From positions 30,792 through 94,791 of the forward strand of contig CAZMIZ010000003.1 in NCBI GenBank assembly GCA_964566925.1: DNA of 64,000 nt, written 5' to 3'. The notes under the pieces were generated by a model. It was not told where the DNA came from. It saw only the letters and a program-made list of their open reading frames with translations, and ran no database searches. Each line of letters opens with the position of its first letter. Position 1 is the stretch's first letter. A program made the position numbers and the translations under genes. Source of the DNA: an uncultured Gammaproteobacteria bacterium (lineage in GTDB: Bacteria; Patescibacteriota; Microgenomatia; PFEM01; DATLAM01). Positions 35,756 through 46,257 of this stretch are shown here, one piece after another.

Positions 35756-37524
35756 TTGACGGTCACACTTTTGGCAATGTTTCTTGGTTTATCAACATTA
35801 TGATTAAGTTCGACGGCTAGATAATAGGCCAGCAGCTGAAGGGGGATAATGTTGCTGATGGCACTCGTTTCGCCTAGATCAGGCACCTTAAGATGGAAGT
35901 CAAAGCTTTGATGATTATCTGACGAAATTCCGATCACTTCTGCCCCTCGAGCCTTAACTTCACTAACCGCATTTAAGATATCTTTTTTAACCTGGTCATT
36001 AGAGAGAACAAAAATAACCGGTACTCCCTTTTCTATCAGGGTAATGGCATAGTGTTTCAAATCGCCGGCCGGAAGGGCATGAGCATGAAGATAGGAACCT
36101 TCAATAATTTTTACCATTCCCTCTTTAATGATTTGTAAATTCTGGGCTTTGCTTAACAAAAAGATATCCTTTTTCTTAGCTAATTTTTTAGCCAGTTTCT
36201 TTATCAGTCGGTGATTTTTCTTATTCTTTAGATATTTCTTAATAAGAGAAGCGGTTCTGGCTAGGTTTTTAGTCCCCTCTTCTAGTTTATTCTCAACCGC
36301 CTTTGAGACTAAATAACCCCAAGCTAAATGAGAAACAAAAATCTTGGTAGACATCACACAAATCTCCGGCCCGGCTTGGGACATAAACTGATAATCGGAA
36401 ATTCTAGTTATCATTGAGCCCGGCATATTCACCAAGGAGGCAATTTTAACTCCTTTTTCTTTGGCTATTTCCAGGACCTCCAAAACATCAGCCGTTTCTC
36501 CGCTTTGAGATAGGGCAATGATCAAATCGCCTTTTTGGAACAGCTGGCCATACTCTTCGGCCTCAGCCCCAATCAGGCTAACGCTAAAAACCCCACCAAA
36601 CTCCCTTAGATAAAAAGCCATCTGAGCCGCTGAGGCCCCAGACGTTCCCGAGCCAATGGTATAGACATTTTTGGCTTTCTTGATCGTCTTGGCAAATTTT
36701 AAATAGTCGCCTTTGTTTTGCTTGAAGACTCTTTCAATAGCAAAAGGAGCCTCATTGATCTCTTTAATCATAAAATGCTTGTATCCTTCTTTATCAACCC
36801 GGCTGTCCCGAATGTTTATTTTTTCTAAACGGTAGGCAATCTTTTTCCCAGTTTTAGCGTCAAGCAATTTTATTTTTTGAGGCTGACAGATAGCTATCTG
36901 ACCATTATCTAAAAAAATAGTTTTTTCTACGTAAGGAGCAAAAGAAAGAGTGTCGGAGGAAATATAAATCTCGCTAAGGCCTAGTTTAACCCCAATTACC
37001 AAGGGAGAGCCGTTTCTAGCAGAAATAATCTTCCCATCTCTGGTTAAAATGATGATGGTATTTCTACCCTCAAGTTCTAGGAAGGCTCGCCTGACAGCCT
37101 CTTCCAGGCAATTCTTATCTTTAAATTTCTCTTCAATCAGCCGGACAATGACTTCAGTATCTGTCTCTGTTTTAAAGCGAACCTTTTTCCTTTTAAGTCT
37201 TTTTTTAAGCTCTTGATAATTTTCCACAATGCCGTTATGAGCCAGAATAAAACTTTTATCTGAAGAAAAGTGGGGATGAGCGTTGGTATCGTTTACCGCT
37301 CCATGGGTGGCCCAACGAGTATGGCCGATCGCCATTGGACTTGAAGAGAGCTTAACTCGAGCCTCACTAATTTTACCAGCATGTTTATTAACTAAAATGG
37401 CTGAGCCATTTTTGATGCCTATTCCCCAACTGTCATAACCTCGATATTCAAGTCTCTTTAAGCCAGAAAGGACTGCCTGGGTGGCGTCCTCTTTGCTGCC
37501 AATGTAGCCAAAAATGCCACACAT
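35752..37524 (-). CDS. glmS: glutamine--fructose-6-phosphate aminotransferase
   Basis: MCGIFG, LEYRGYDS, HTRWATHG, SQSGETAD, PRNIAKSVTV. Confidence 0.97.
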   Translation of the reverse strand: MCGIFGYIGSKEDATQAVLSGLKRLEYRGYDSWGIGIKNGSAILVNKHAGKISEARVKLSSSPMAIGHTRWATHGAVNDTNAHPHFSSDKSFILAHNGIVENYQELKKRLKRKKVRFKTETDTEVIVRLIEEKFKDKNCLEEAVRRAFLELEGRNTIIILTRDGKIISARNGSPLVIGVKLGLSEIYISSDTLSFAPYVEKTIFLDNGQIAICQPQKIKLLDAKTGKKIAYRLEKINIRDSRVDKEGYKHFMIKEINEAPFAIERVFKQNKGDYLKFAKTIKKAKNVYTIGSGTSGASAAQMAFYLREFGGVFSVSLIGAEAEEYGQLFQKGDLIIALSQSGETADVLEVLEIAKEKGVKIASLVNMPGSMITRISDYQFMSQAGPEICVMSTKIFVSHLAWGYLVSKAVENKLEEGTKNLARTASLIKKYLKNKKNHRLIKKLAKKLAKKKDIFLLSKAQNLQIIKEGMVKIIEGSYLHAHALPAGDLKHYAITLIEKGVPVIFVLSNDQVKKDILNAVSEVKARGAEVIGISSDNHQSFDFHLKVPDLGETSAISNIIPLQLLAYYLAVELNHNVDKPRNIAKSVTVK

Positions 37525-37526
37525 AA

Positions 37527-38846
37527 TTAATTAATTCTTTTAATCTTCGCTCCCAACTGTCTTAAACGACCATCAAGATCTTCATACCCCCGATCAATAT
37601 GCTCAATGCCCGATAAAATACTTTCTCCTTTGGCAATCAAAGCGGCTAAGGTCAAGGTGGCTCCGGCCCGGATATCCGGAACGCTGATTTCGGCCCCCTG
37701 AAGGGGGGTTGGCCCTAAAACATGAGCGCCGTGGCAATATTCAGGTCGATCATCTTTAAGGTTGAAATTATAAAAGCGGTCGGGGTGAGCCGGTTGAGGG
37801 TTAAAAAGCTTAATCTTCGCCCCCATCCTAACAATTTCTTTAGTAAACTCGAGCCTGTTCGTATGAATGGTTTCCACGACCTTACTTTGGCCTTCGGCCT
37901 GGGTCATTAAAACTGTCCAAAGAGGCTGCCAATCAGTCATAAAACCCGGATAAGGGGCGGTGGTGATATTGGTGGCTTTCAGCTGATCTTCATACCAAAA
38001 CCGAATGGTCGCCTTGCCTGTCTCATAATTTCCTCCGGCTTCTTTGATTTTTTCTAAAAAAGCGGTTAAATGTTTTTTCTCGACATTTTCAATGATAATT
38101 TCTCCTTTGGTCCCTAAAGCCGCACAGGCAAAAGAAACCGCTTCGTTGCGGTCCGCCATGATTTGATGGCTAGTCCCTTTAAGTTTTTTAACTCCCTCAA
38201 TTTTTATTTTCCGATTGGGTAGCCGCTTAATCTTCGCCCCCATCTTATTTAAAAAACTGATTAAATCATCAACTTCTGGTTCTAAAGAAGAATTTTCTAA
38301 AGTGGTTATCCCTTCAGCTAAAACCGCGACCATCATCAAATTCTCGGTACCCGTATGGGTGTTTTTTGGGAAACGATAGTGGCCACCTTTAAGCTTCTGG
38401 CAATTTAATTTAATCATCTCTTTCCCACATTTAACTTTCGCTCCTAAGGCCTTTAGGCCCTCTAAATGACGTTCGACCGGGCGAGCTCCAATCCTGTCCC
38501 CACCCGGAAAAGGAATCGTGGCTTGGCCAAAGCGAGCCAGCAACGGCCCAGCGAACATGATTGAAGCTCGGGATTTCTCGCCAATCGCCTGGTCAATCTG
38601 ATGCCTTTTGAGGCCACGGGGATTAATCAAAACCCTTTGGGGGAACTGAAAAGTAACCTTCGCTCCCAAACTATCAATGATTTTCTTGGTTAAGACAACG
38701 TCGCCAATCTTGGAAACATTGGCGAGGCGAGACTGACCATCAGCTAAAAGCGAAGCGATCATCAACTTAAAACTGGCATTTTTAGCCCCACCCAAACGAA
38801 CGCTGCCTTTTAGGGAGGTGCCGCCTTGAATTAAGAATTTGGCCAT
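37527..38846 (-). CDS. murA: UDP-GlcNAc 1-carboxyvinyltransferase
   Basis: GAKNA, PGGDRIGARP, PYPGFMTD, DIRAG, IDRGYE. Confidence 0.96.
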   Translation of the reverse strand: MAKFLIQGGTSLKGSVRLGGAKNASFKLMIASLLADGQSRLANVSKIGDVVLTKKIIDSLGAKVTFQFPQRVLINPRGLKRHQIDQAIGEKSRASIMFAGPLLARFGQATIPFPGGDRIGARPVERHLEGLKALGAKVKCGKEMIKLNCQKLKGGHYRFPKNTHTGTENLMMVAVLAEGITTLENSSLEPEVDDLISFLNKMGAKIKRLPNRKIKIEGVKKLKGTSHQIMADRNEAVSFACAALGTKGEIIIENVEKKHLTAFLEKIKEAGGNYETGKATIRFWYEDQLKATNITTAPYPGFMTDWQPLWTVLMTQAEGQSKVVETIHTNRLEFTKEIVRMGAKIKLFNPQPAHPDRFYNFNLKDDRPEYCHGAHVLGPTPLQGAEISVPDIRAGATLTLAALIAKGESILSGIEHIDRGYEDLDGRLRQLGAKIKRIN

Positions 38847-38849
38847 AGA

Positions 38850-39758
38850 CTATCCCTGTATTTTATCAAAGCCGACAAGTTTAATCTCTTCCTTAAGTTC
38901 GGTACCAAACTTCTCTTTGACTTTTTCTTTGGCTAATTTGATTAATTGAATAACGTCATTAGCCTTGGCTCCACCTAAATTAATAATAAAATTAGCGTGT
39001 TGGGGCGAAATTTGGACCTGACCGATTGTTTTTCCTTTTAACCCCGCCTGGTCAATTAATCTCCCCGCTAGCTTTCCCGGAGGATTTTTAAAAATACTGC
39101 CCGCGCTTTTTCCTTTTGGTTGATCTTTCCTTTTGGCGAAAATTGCCTCGGTTCGCTCTCTAATCTTTTCAGGATCATCCTTCCTAAGAACCAAAACTAC
39201 TCCGAGAATGATTTCTTTTGTTTTTTTGAATCGACTCGTTCGGTAGCCAAACTGACAATCTTTTCTGGTCAGTTTTTGAATCCGATTGTCTTCATCAAGA
39301 ATTTCAACTGACTCAATCAGATTATCAAACCACTGATCAGCCGTTCCCGCATTCCCGACAATCGCCCCACCCACTGTGCCGGGAATACCAGCGCAAATTT
39401 CCAAACCAGCAAGAGAATTATCAACTGCCGTCCTGACCAGCTCTCCAAGGGATGTCCCTGCCTCAGCCGTAATCTGCGCACTTTTGACTTTTGACTTTTG
39501 ACTTTTGACTTTGATTACCAAACCTCTCCATCCCTGGTCGCTGACCAAGAGATTAGAGCCGCCACCTAAAATAAAAAATCGCACCCCCAGCTGGCGACTT
39601 AATTTAACCGCCTTAATCAGCTCTTCTTTATTTCTTGCCTTATAAAACAAATCCGCTGGCCCACCAATACCAAAAGTGGTCTGCTTGGCCAACGACTCAT
39701 CCAGCTTGACCCGGTCTTCACCTAGGCCTTCAATGATTTGAGAATATCCTTGTGCCAT
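38850..39758 (-). CDS. murB: UDP-N-acetylenolpyruvoylglucosamine reductase
   Basis: GIGGPA, LGGGSN, GIPGTVGG, SAGSIFKNP, HANFIIN. Confidence 0.96.
   Translation of the reverse strand: MAQGYSQIIEGLGEDRVKLDESLAKQTTFGIGGPADLFYKARNKEELIKAVKLSRQLGVRFFILGGGSNLLVSDQGWRGLVIKVKSQKSKVKSAQITAEAGTSLGELVRTAVDNSLAGLEICAGIPGTVGGAIVGNAGTADQWFDNLIESVEILDEDNRIQKLTRKDCQFGYRTSRFKKTKEIILGVVLVLRKDDPEKIRERTEAIFAKRKDQPKGKSAGSIFKNPPGKLAGRLIDQAGLKGKTIGQVQISPQHANFIINLGGAKANDVIQLIKLAKEKVKEKFGTELKEEIKLVGFDKIQG
39481..39515. repeat. 7-nt tandem repeat (CTTTTGA)x4 inside murB
   Basis: Four perfect copies plus one degenerate; encodes KVKSQKSKVKS. Confidence 0.9.
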
Positions 39759-41134
39759 AAAAAGATATCACCGGCTCCCATGGTAATAATAAGATCATCA
39801 GGCTTGGTTTTCTCAGCTAAATACTCTATCACTTCTTTTTTTCCCGGACAATAAACCGCTTGGGGATGATATTTTTTGGCTTCTTGGGCTAAAAGCCGAG
39901 AGTTAACTCCAGTCAGCGGTTTTTCTCTGGCTGAAGCATAAATATCGGTAAAGATCACCGCCTCGGCCCGAGAAAAAGCCCGAGCAAACTGATTAAAAAG
40001 CGCCTTGGTTCGGGAAAAGGTGTGGGGTTGGAAAATAACGATCAGCCGCCGGCCAGGAAGCCAGGCTTTGGCTGCCTCTAAGGTTGCCTGGATCTCGGTA
40101 GGGTGATGAGCATAATCATCATAAACTCTAATTCCCTTGACCTCGCCAATCAACTCAAACCGGCGCTTGGTGCCCTCAAATAATTTTAAACCTTCTCTTA
40201 ATTTTTCCGCCCCAATGCCTAAATAAGTCCCGACCGCAAAAGCAGCCGTGGCATTTAAAACATTAAATTTGCCAGGAACATTCAGTTTTAATTCTCTAAC
40301 CGTCATCCCTTGATGGCTTAGGTTAAAAAGAGTCTGTTCTTGGCTAAAGTGGACTTTTTCAATCTGCCAATCAACCTTTTGAGAAAAACCATAAGTTTGG
40401 GTGGGCACTTTAATTTTGGCAAGAAGATAGCGAATATTCTGATTATCAAGACAGGCGACCAACAACCCACCATCAGGAATTTTTTGGAAAAAGCTAGTGT
40501 AAGCGGCCATGGTTGATTCAAGATTGGGATAAACATCAGGATGATCGTGCTCAATATTGGTCACAACAATCACTTTTGGCTTTTGAAAAACGAATTTAGG
40601 TCGATTATCAATCCCCGGAGAAGCCACGTATTCATCAGCTTCAGCCACAAAATGTTTCCCTCGATCATATCGGCCGGGCGCACCCAAAGAAGGAATCTGG
40701 CCGGCGCCAATAGCAAAGCTGGGTTGGAATTGGGCTTTCTTTAAAATGGTGGCGATCATCGCCGCGGTCGTCGTCTTCCCACCTACCCCACTGGTAGAAA
40801 TGCCAATTTTCCCCTCCATAAAAAAGCCAAGGGCTTCACCCTGGGTAATTGTTTTTATTTTCAAGCTCACGGCTGTTTTCGCTTCGGGATTAGCCAAACC
40901 GCCATGAGCACCGGTGGTAATCACTAAATCCGGCTGGCCAAGAAGATTTTCTTTTTTAAAACCTTTTTTCCAGTGAATTTTTCGTTTTTTCAAAATTTCG
41001 TCGGTGACAAACTTCTCTTCAATATCGCTCCCGGTTACCTTAATGCCTAAATCCTGGGCACAAAGAGCCAAAGCGGTCATCCCCACGCCTTTAATGCCAA
41101 CAAAATGGATGTGTTTCAGTTTTTTTAGTTCCAT
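39722..41134 (-). CDS. murC: UDP-MurNAc--L-alanine ligase
   Basis: HFVGIKGVGM, GKTTT, EADE, DDYAHHPTE, FQPH, MGAG. Confidence 0.96.
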   Translation of the reverse strand: MELKKLKHIHFVGIKGVGMTALALCAQDLGIKVTGSDIEEKFVTDEILKKRKIHWKKGFKKENLLGQPDLVITTGAHGGLANPEAKTAVSLKIKTITQGEALGFFMEGKIGISTSGVGGKTTTAAMIATILKKAQFQPSFAIGAGQIPSLGAPGRYDRGKHFVAEADEYVASPGIDNRPKFVFQKPKVIVVTNIEHDHPDVYPNLESTMAAYTSFFQKIPDGGLLVACLDNQNIRYLLAKIKVPTQTYGFSQKVDWQIEKVHFSQEQTLFNLSHQGMTVRELKLNVPGKFNVLNATAAFAVGTYLGIGAEKLREGLKLFEGTKRRFELIGEVKGIRVYDDYAHHPTEIQATLEAAKAWLPGRRLIVIFQPHTFSRTKALFNQFARAFSRAEAVIFTDIYASAREKPLTGVNSRLLAQEAKKYHPQAVYCPGKKEVIEYLAEKTKPDDLIITMGAGDIFLWHKDILKSLKA

Positions 41135-41871
41135 CCGATTACTCCCAGCATTTCGCCATATGTTTTCTGATTGTCCTGACGATAAGAAAAGAAATCATTA
41201 TTTTGGCAGGCCGTACAAATTAAGGGTACCTCAATGTTTTCTCTTCTTATCCCTGATTTAATTAATTGAACTAGAGTTGGCTTTAGCAAATCAAGATGAA
41301 TCCCCTTTTTATCTTGAGAAATCATTTTAGCTAAATTGCCAAATTCTTTTCTAAACTTTTTAACCAAATCGTCACCAACCAGATAACAACAACTCCCAAT
41401 ATGAGGGCCGATGCCCACGATGATCTTTTGAGGATCAGCGCCTCTCTCCTTCATTTCGCCAACCATCTTTTGACCAATCCTTGATAAAATTCCTTCCCAG
41501 CCGGCGTGGGCAATGCCGATTATCTTTTTTTGGCGATCATAAAAAAATAAAGGCAGACAGTCAGCCGTATTCACCCCCAAGAAAATCCCTTTTTGGCTGG
41601 TAATTAAGCCGTCAACGCCTTTAATCACTTTCCCTTGGTCACCATTACCTACTATTTCAATCTGGTTACCATGGACTTGTTCCATCATCACTAAACGACC
41701 TTTACCGATCTTTAGCTTAGATAAAAATTGGTCTAAATCCTTATTTGAATTCAAAAATGATCTTACCTTTAAGTTGCCTGATTTCCGGGTCGAAAACCCT
41801 TGAATTAACCCAGGTTGATTGGCAAAACTTTCTAAAATCCAATAGCCATCAGCTTTTTTCATCTTCTTCAT
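41125..41871 (-). CDS. pgeF: YfiH/PgeF peptidoglycan editing factor
   Basis: QVHG, TADC, HAGW, GPHI, FFSYR. Confidence 0.92.
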   Translation of the reverse strand: MKKMKKADGYWILESFANQPGLIQGFSTRKSGNLKVRSFLNSNKDLDQFLSKLKIGKGRLVMMEQVHGNQIEIVGNGDQGKVIKGVDGLITSQKGIFLGVNTADCLPLFFYDRQKKIIGIAHAGWEGILSRIGQKMVGEMKERGADPQKIIVGIGPHIGSCCYLVGDDLVKKFRKEFGNLAKMISQDKKGIHLDLLKPTLVQLIKSGIRRENIEVPLICTACQNNDFFSYRQDNQKTYGEMLGVIGWN

Positions 41872-43184
41872 TGAATTTTCTGCCTCGCTTTCTCTTTTGC
41901 CTCACTCCCTAGGAGTAACGACCTTTTGTCTTTTCTGATGACTAAAGATTGTTTCAGCCGACAAAATTTATTTTCCGGTAAATCTCTTTCGACGATCACT
42001 CCGGGGCCAACAAATGAATTAGCGCCGATTTTAATACCCGGCATGACACTCGCATTGATACCCACTTTCACTTTATCACCAATAATTGCCCCTAATTTTT
42101 CTAAGCCGGTAGCCACTTTTTCTCCTTTGATTTCTGAGTGGACGGTTCTCTCGTCAAACCGCAAATTAGCCAGAACAGCGCCGGCGCCAAGACTAACGTC
42201 ATTTCCTAAAACGCTATCACCGACATAATTACCATGGAACCAGCAATTATTACCAAGGTAACTTCTGGCGATCTCTGTACCATAGCCGATAACGCAATTG
42301 TTGCCAACCATTGATTCGCGGACAAAGGCATTGTTCCCAATAATAGTCCCCGCCCCAATATAAGCTGGCCCCTTTACTTTCGCTCCCTCCAAAATCTTGA
42401 CACCCTTCTCAAAAATTACTGGTCCGGTAATGGTCGCTTTTCGGCTAATGGCCGGTTTTTGGCCTTTTCTTTTGGGAAACCGGTGTTTAAAAAACAGTTT
42501 CATCGCCTTTAAAATATCCCAAGGATACTTAATTGATCCCCAATAGCCTTGATACTCAACCAGACTAATATCCAAGCCGTCTCTGATTAATCTGTTTATC
42601 GCCTCCTCAAAGAGGTTATCTTTTTGCGTTTTTACCTTTCGAATCGCCTCTAGTAAGAGATCGGCGTTTTGGAAATAATCAACATCCAGCTTAACTAAAT
42701 TACTAGGCTCTTTTCCAGGAGAAGGCTTCTCGATGATCTTTTTTATTTTGCCTCCTTTTACTTGGAGATAGCCGCCTGAAAAATAATCCTTGACTTTAAC
42801 GGCGGGAATAACCACCTTCTCTTTCTTAGCTGACTCTAAAACCATCTTTACTAGACTCGAATTAAAGATATCGTTAGCGTTAACAATCAAAATCTCTTGG
42901 TCTTTAATTAATTTCGCTGCTTTCAAAAGAGCATCAGCTTGACCAAAGGGTCGAGGCTGGAGAATAACGGGGATCTTTAGAGAAGCAACCAGCTTTTTCA
43001 CTGAAGCAAAGCTGTCAGGGGTGGTCACGATGATCAAATCATTGATCCCTATTTTTTTAATCCGCCTAACATTATCCAGGAGAAGCGGAGAGCCAAAAAA
43101 AGGCAGAAGCAATTTATTGGTCTTAATGGGCCACATTCTCTTACCAATGCCGCCGGCAAGAATAATTGTCTTCACTTTTTTCAT
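41868..43184 (-). CDS. bifunctional sugar-1-phosphate nucleotidyltransferase/acetyltransferase (archaeal-type GlmU-like)
   Basis: ILAGGIGKRMWP, EKP, YPWD, hexapeptide repeats, NYVGDS, ANLRFD, KLGAIIGD. Confidence 0.85.
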   Translation of the reverse strand: MKKVKTIILAGGIGKRMWPIKTNKLLLPFFGSPLLLDNVRRIKKIGINDLIIVTTPDSFASVKKLVASLKIPVILQPRPFGQADALLKAAKLIKDQEILIVNANDIFNSSLVKMVLESAKKEKVVIPAVKVKDYFSGGYLQVKGGKIKKIIEKPSPGKEPSNLVKLDVDYFQNADLLLEAIRKVKTQKDNLFEEAINRLIRDGLDISLVEYQGYWGSIKYPWDILKAMKLFFKHRFPKRKGQKPAISRKATITGPVIFEKGVKILEGAKVKGPAYIGAGTIIGNNAFVRESMVGNNCVIGYGTEIARSYLGNNCWFHGNYVGDSVLGNDVSLGAGAVLANLRFDERTVHSEIKGEKVATGLEKLGAIIGDKVKVGINASVMPGIKIGANSFVGPGVIVERDLPENKFCRLKQSLVIRKDKRSLLLGSEAKEKARQKIQ

Positions 43185-44443
43185 TTAAGCCTTTTTAATA
43201 GTTTTCTCGTCACTCCCTGGTCACTCCAGGGATACTCAATTCTGCCAAAACAGATACTTTTCTCATGGCCTTTACCGCCAATAACCAGAATGTCGTCTTT
43301 TTTTGCTTTCTTAATTGCTCGGCCAATTGCTTCGGCCCGATCCGGCACCCGAAAAAAAGTTTTCCCTTCAACTCCACCTGCTTTTAAGCAGCCTTGGGCA
43401 ATTTGATCAATGATTTCGTTGACGTCCTCGGTGCGGGGATCCTCGGCAGTCAAGACGGCTAGATCGGCCAGCCTGGCGGCAATCCTTCCCATTTTGGGTC
43501 GTTTTTCCTTATCTCTTTCCCCGGCACAACCAAAAACAACAATCAGGTTTCTTTTTTTCTTCTTCTTAAGACTTTTCAAAACATTTTCTAAACCATTAGG
43601 AGTGTGAGCAAAATCAATATAAACTTCAAAATCCTGACCTTCATCCAGCTTCTCCATCCTCCCCTCTAAACCCTGAAAAGAAGCGACCGCTTTTTTAATT
43701 CTCTCAGTTGGAATTCCCAGCGAAGAAACCGCGGCGATGGCCGCCAAACAATTAGCTTGATTATATTCTCCGGGAAGATTAGTCTTAAAACCAAAATTTC
43801 TGGGGGTAAAATCAGCCTTATTTTTAATCCCGTAGGTAACCACTTTTGCTTTTCTGGGAACCACCGATTTCAGATAACTGAACGATTGATCATCTTTATT
43901 TAAAACGGCGATCTTCACCCTCCGAAAAAGCCTGGCTTTGGCCTGAAGATAGTTTTCGAAAGTCTGGTGATAATCAAGATGTTCACGGGTAACATTAGTG
44001 ATTACGGCCACCAAAAAATTACTTCCGAAAAGGCGGTACTGATCTAACCCGTGAGAGGTTGCTTCAAGAACCAGATATTGATAGCCTTGATCAGCGATTT
44101 CCCGCAGAAGGCGCTGTAACTTCCAGGGGTGGGGCGAGGTGACATGAAAACCGGTCGGGATTTGCTGAGAGCCGATCTTGGCGGCCACGGTGGAGATTAA
44201 GGCTGCTTTCTTGCCTGATTTTGATAAAAGGTGATGAATTAAGGTCGCCGTGGTAGTTTTGCCGTCGGTTCCGGTAACTCCAATCACCTTTATTCGTCTG
44301 GCCGGATAACCGTAAACCAGGCTAGCTAAAAATGCTTGGGGAAAATGATAGAAAAGATTAACCAGCCTATTAGGGAACAAAGAACGGAGGGCTTCCCCTA
44401 AGAAGCTATGACGAAAGGATACCCATACCTTTTTAATCATCAA
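43181..44443 (-). CDS. murE: UDP-MurNAc-dipeptide--diamino acid ligase
   Basis: VTGTDGKTTT, EATSHG, EHLDYH, DFAHTP, FGCAGERD, EDPR, GKGHE. Confidence 0.94.
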   Translation of the reverse strand: MMIKKVWVSFRHSFLGEALRSLFPNRLVNLFYHFPQAFLASLVYGYPARRIKVIGVTGTDGKTTTATLIHHLLSKSGKKAALISTVAAKIGSQQIPTGFHVTSPHPWKLQRLLREIADQGYQYLVLEATSHGLDQYRLFGSNFLVAVITNVTREHLDYHQTFENYLQAKARLFRRVKIAVLNKDDQSFSYLKSVVPRKAKVVTYGIKNKADFTPRNFGFKTNLPGEYNQANCLAAIAAVSSLGIPTERIKKAVASFQGLEGRMEKLDEGQDFEVYIDFAHTPNGLENVLKSLKKKKKRNLIVVFGCAGERDKEKRPKMGRIAARLADLAVLTAEDPRTEDVNEIIDQIAQGCLKAGGVEGKTFFRVPDRAEAIGRAIKKAKKDDILVIGGKGHEKSICFGRIEYPWSDQGVTRKLLKRLK

Positions 44444-44494
44444 TTAACTGATTATTACACTGCGCCTAATGGCTTGTATAATTTCCATTATAGT

Positions 44495-46249
44495 CTATCC
44501 CGGCAAAATTCCGAAGTAATCAAAAACCTCTTTGGCAATATCAAACCAGAGAGGGGCAGCCGTTTCTGAGCCCCAAGGAGAGGAAGTGGGTTCACGTAAG
44601 GTAACCAGCATCACAAACCGGGGATCATCGGCAGGAGCAAAACCAACGAAAGAGGCGATTGTTTTTTGCTCGTCATAATGACCCGCTACCGGGATTTGAG
44701 CCGTCCCGGTTTTCCCCGCAATCCGGTAGCCGGCGGGTTTAGCCCACTTTGCCTCACCATTATCGGTGGCATTAACCATCATCTCGGTCATCAGCCTAGC
44801 AGTAGTTGGGCTAATCACTTCTCTGATAATTTTTGGCTCAACCTCCATTTCTCCTTCTTCACCAACGACGCGCTTCACCAAAAACGGCCTCATCAAAACT
44901 CCGTTGTTGGCGATCGCCCCCACGGCCCGAACTAATTGGATTGGGGTTACGGCAATCCCCTGCCCAAAAGTAGCGGTGGTTAGATCAATCTGCTTCCAAG
45001 CATCTTTAGGTCTTAAATCTGGGCTCGCTTCCTCTTCTAAGTCAATCCCGGTAAGCTGACCAATACCAAAGTTTTGCAAATAACCAACTAACTTTTCTAT
45101 CCCCAGCCTTTCGCCAACAAAAACCATGCCGACATTATTGGACTGCTGAATCACTTCAATCATGGTGGGCTCGGTCGGATATTCGTTATTCCACGTGCGG
45201 ATCGTATAACCAGAAATATTACGAGGACCGTCACACTGACGACAACGAGTGTCGGGTTTAACAGCCTCGGCGTCCAGAGCCGCGGCCATCACCAACACTT
45301 TAAAAACCGAACCGGGTTCAAAAGAGTCGGCCACCACCGGATTAGCAAATAATTCTTTATCAAATTGGTTAAACTTAACCGGGTCATAGGCCGGCAGAGA
45401 AGACATCGCTAAGATAGCGCCAGTTTTGGCTTCCATAATGACCACTGAGCCACTGATTGCCCCATATCTTTCTAAGCCTTTTTTAAGTTTTTCTTCCACC
45501 ATAAACTGAACCGCCCGGTCAAGAGTTAAAAAGAGATTTCGCCCATCCCGCTTTTCTTCAGCGCTTGCCTCGCCCACCAAAATCGGCTGACCGGCGGCGT
45601 CTTTTTCGCGGCGCAAGAGACCAGTCTTGCCTCTAAGCTCAAGATTATAAAACCCCTCCAGCCCAAAATAGCCCTTATCCCGACCATTGATATCACTTCC
45701 CACAAACCCCAAAAGATGGGCGGCCGATGAAGCTTCCGGATAAGCTCTTTGCTCCTCTTCTTCAAAGCCTATCCCCTCAATAGCCAACATCTCAATGGCT
45801 GCTTTAACTTTTCTATCGATTTTATGTTTTAACGGCACCCAAACTAAATCTTCTCTTCCTAAGCGTTCTTTTAGTTCCTCTTCGGTGTTTTTTAAAAGTT
45901 GCCACCTTTCTTCTTTAGCGCTCGAATCAGTTGCCATTTTTTGCTCATCCAGCTCGGGGGTTAATAAAGGCGCCAACTTAGCCGCAATCTCGGCTGGTTT
46001 TTCTTTTAAATCGGGCAGCGAAGCAAAAACCAAAAAAGCTTCTTCGCTGGTAGCTAAAGGAAAACTATCCGAGGCAAAAATTTCTCCTCTTTTAGCCGGA
46101 ATTTCAAAAGAGACTTGATGTTGTTTTTCGGCGGCGGCGGCCAGATAATCTGAAGCAATTACCTGCCAATAAAAGAGGCGACCACCTACCCCCATCCCGA
46201 GGATTAAAAACCAAATCAGAAGAAGTTTAATTCTTAAGGTGGACTCCAT
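44495..46249 (-). CDS. ftsI: class B penicillin-binding protein
   Basis: EPGSVFK, SNN, KTGTAQ; position after ftsL-like gene. Confidence 0.9.
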   Translation of the reverse strand: MESTLRIKLLLIWFLILGMGVGGRLFYWQVIASDYLAAAAEKQHQVSFEIPAKRGEIFASDSFPLATSEEAFLVFASLPDLKEKPAEIAAKLAPLLTPELDEQKMATDSSAKEERWQLLKNTEEELKERLGREDLVWVPLKHKIDRKVKAAIEMLAIEGIGFEEEEQRAYPEASSAAHLLGFVGSDINGRDKGYFGLEGFYNLELRGKTGLLRREKDAAGQPILVGEASAEEKRDGRNLFLTLDRAVQFMVEEKLKKGLERYGAISGSVVIMEAKTGAILAMSSLPAYDPVKFNQFDKELFANPVVADSFEPGSVFKVLVMAAALDAEAVKPDTRCRQCDGPRNISGYTIRTWNNEYPTEPTMIEVIQQSNNVGMVFVGERLGIEKLVGYLQNFGIGQLTGIDLEEEASPDLRPKDAWKQIDLTTATFGQGIAVTPIQLVRAVGAIANNGVLMRPFLVKRVVGEEGEMEVEPKIIREVISPTTARLMTEMMVNATDNGEAKWAKPAGYRIAGKTGTAQIPVAGHYDEQKTIASFVGFAPADDPRFVMLVTLREPTSSPWGSETAAPLWFDIAKEVFDYFGILPG

Positions 46250-46257
46250 AAGCTTTT

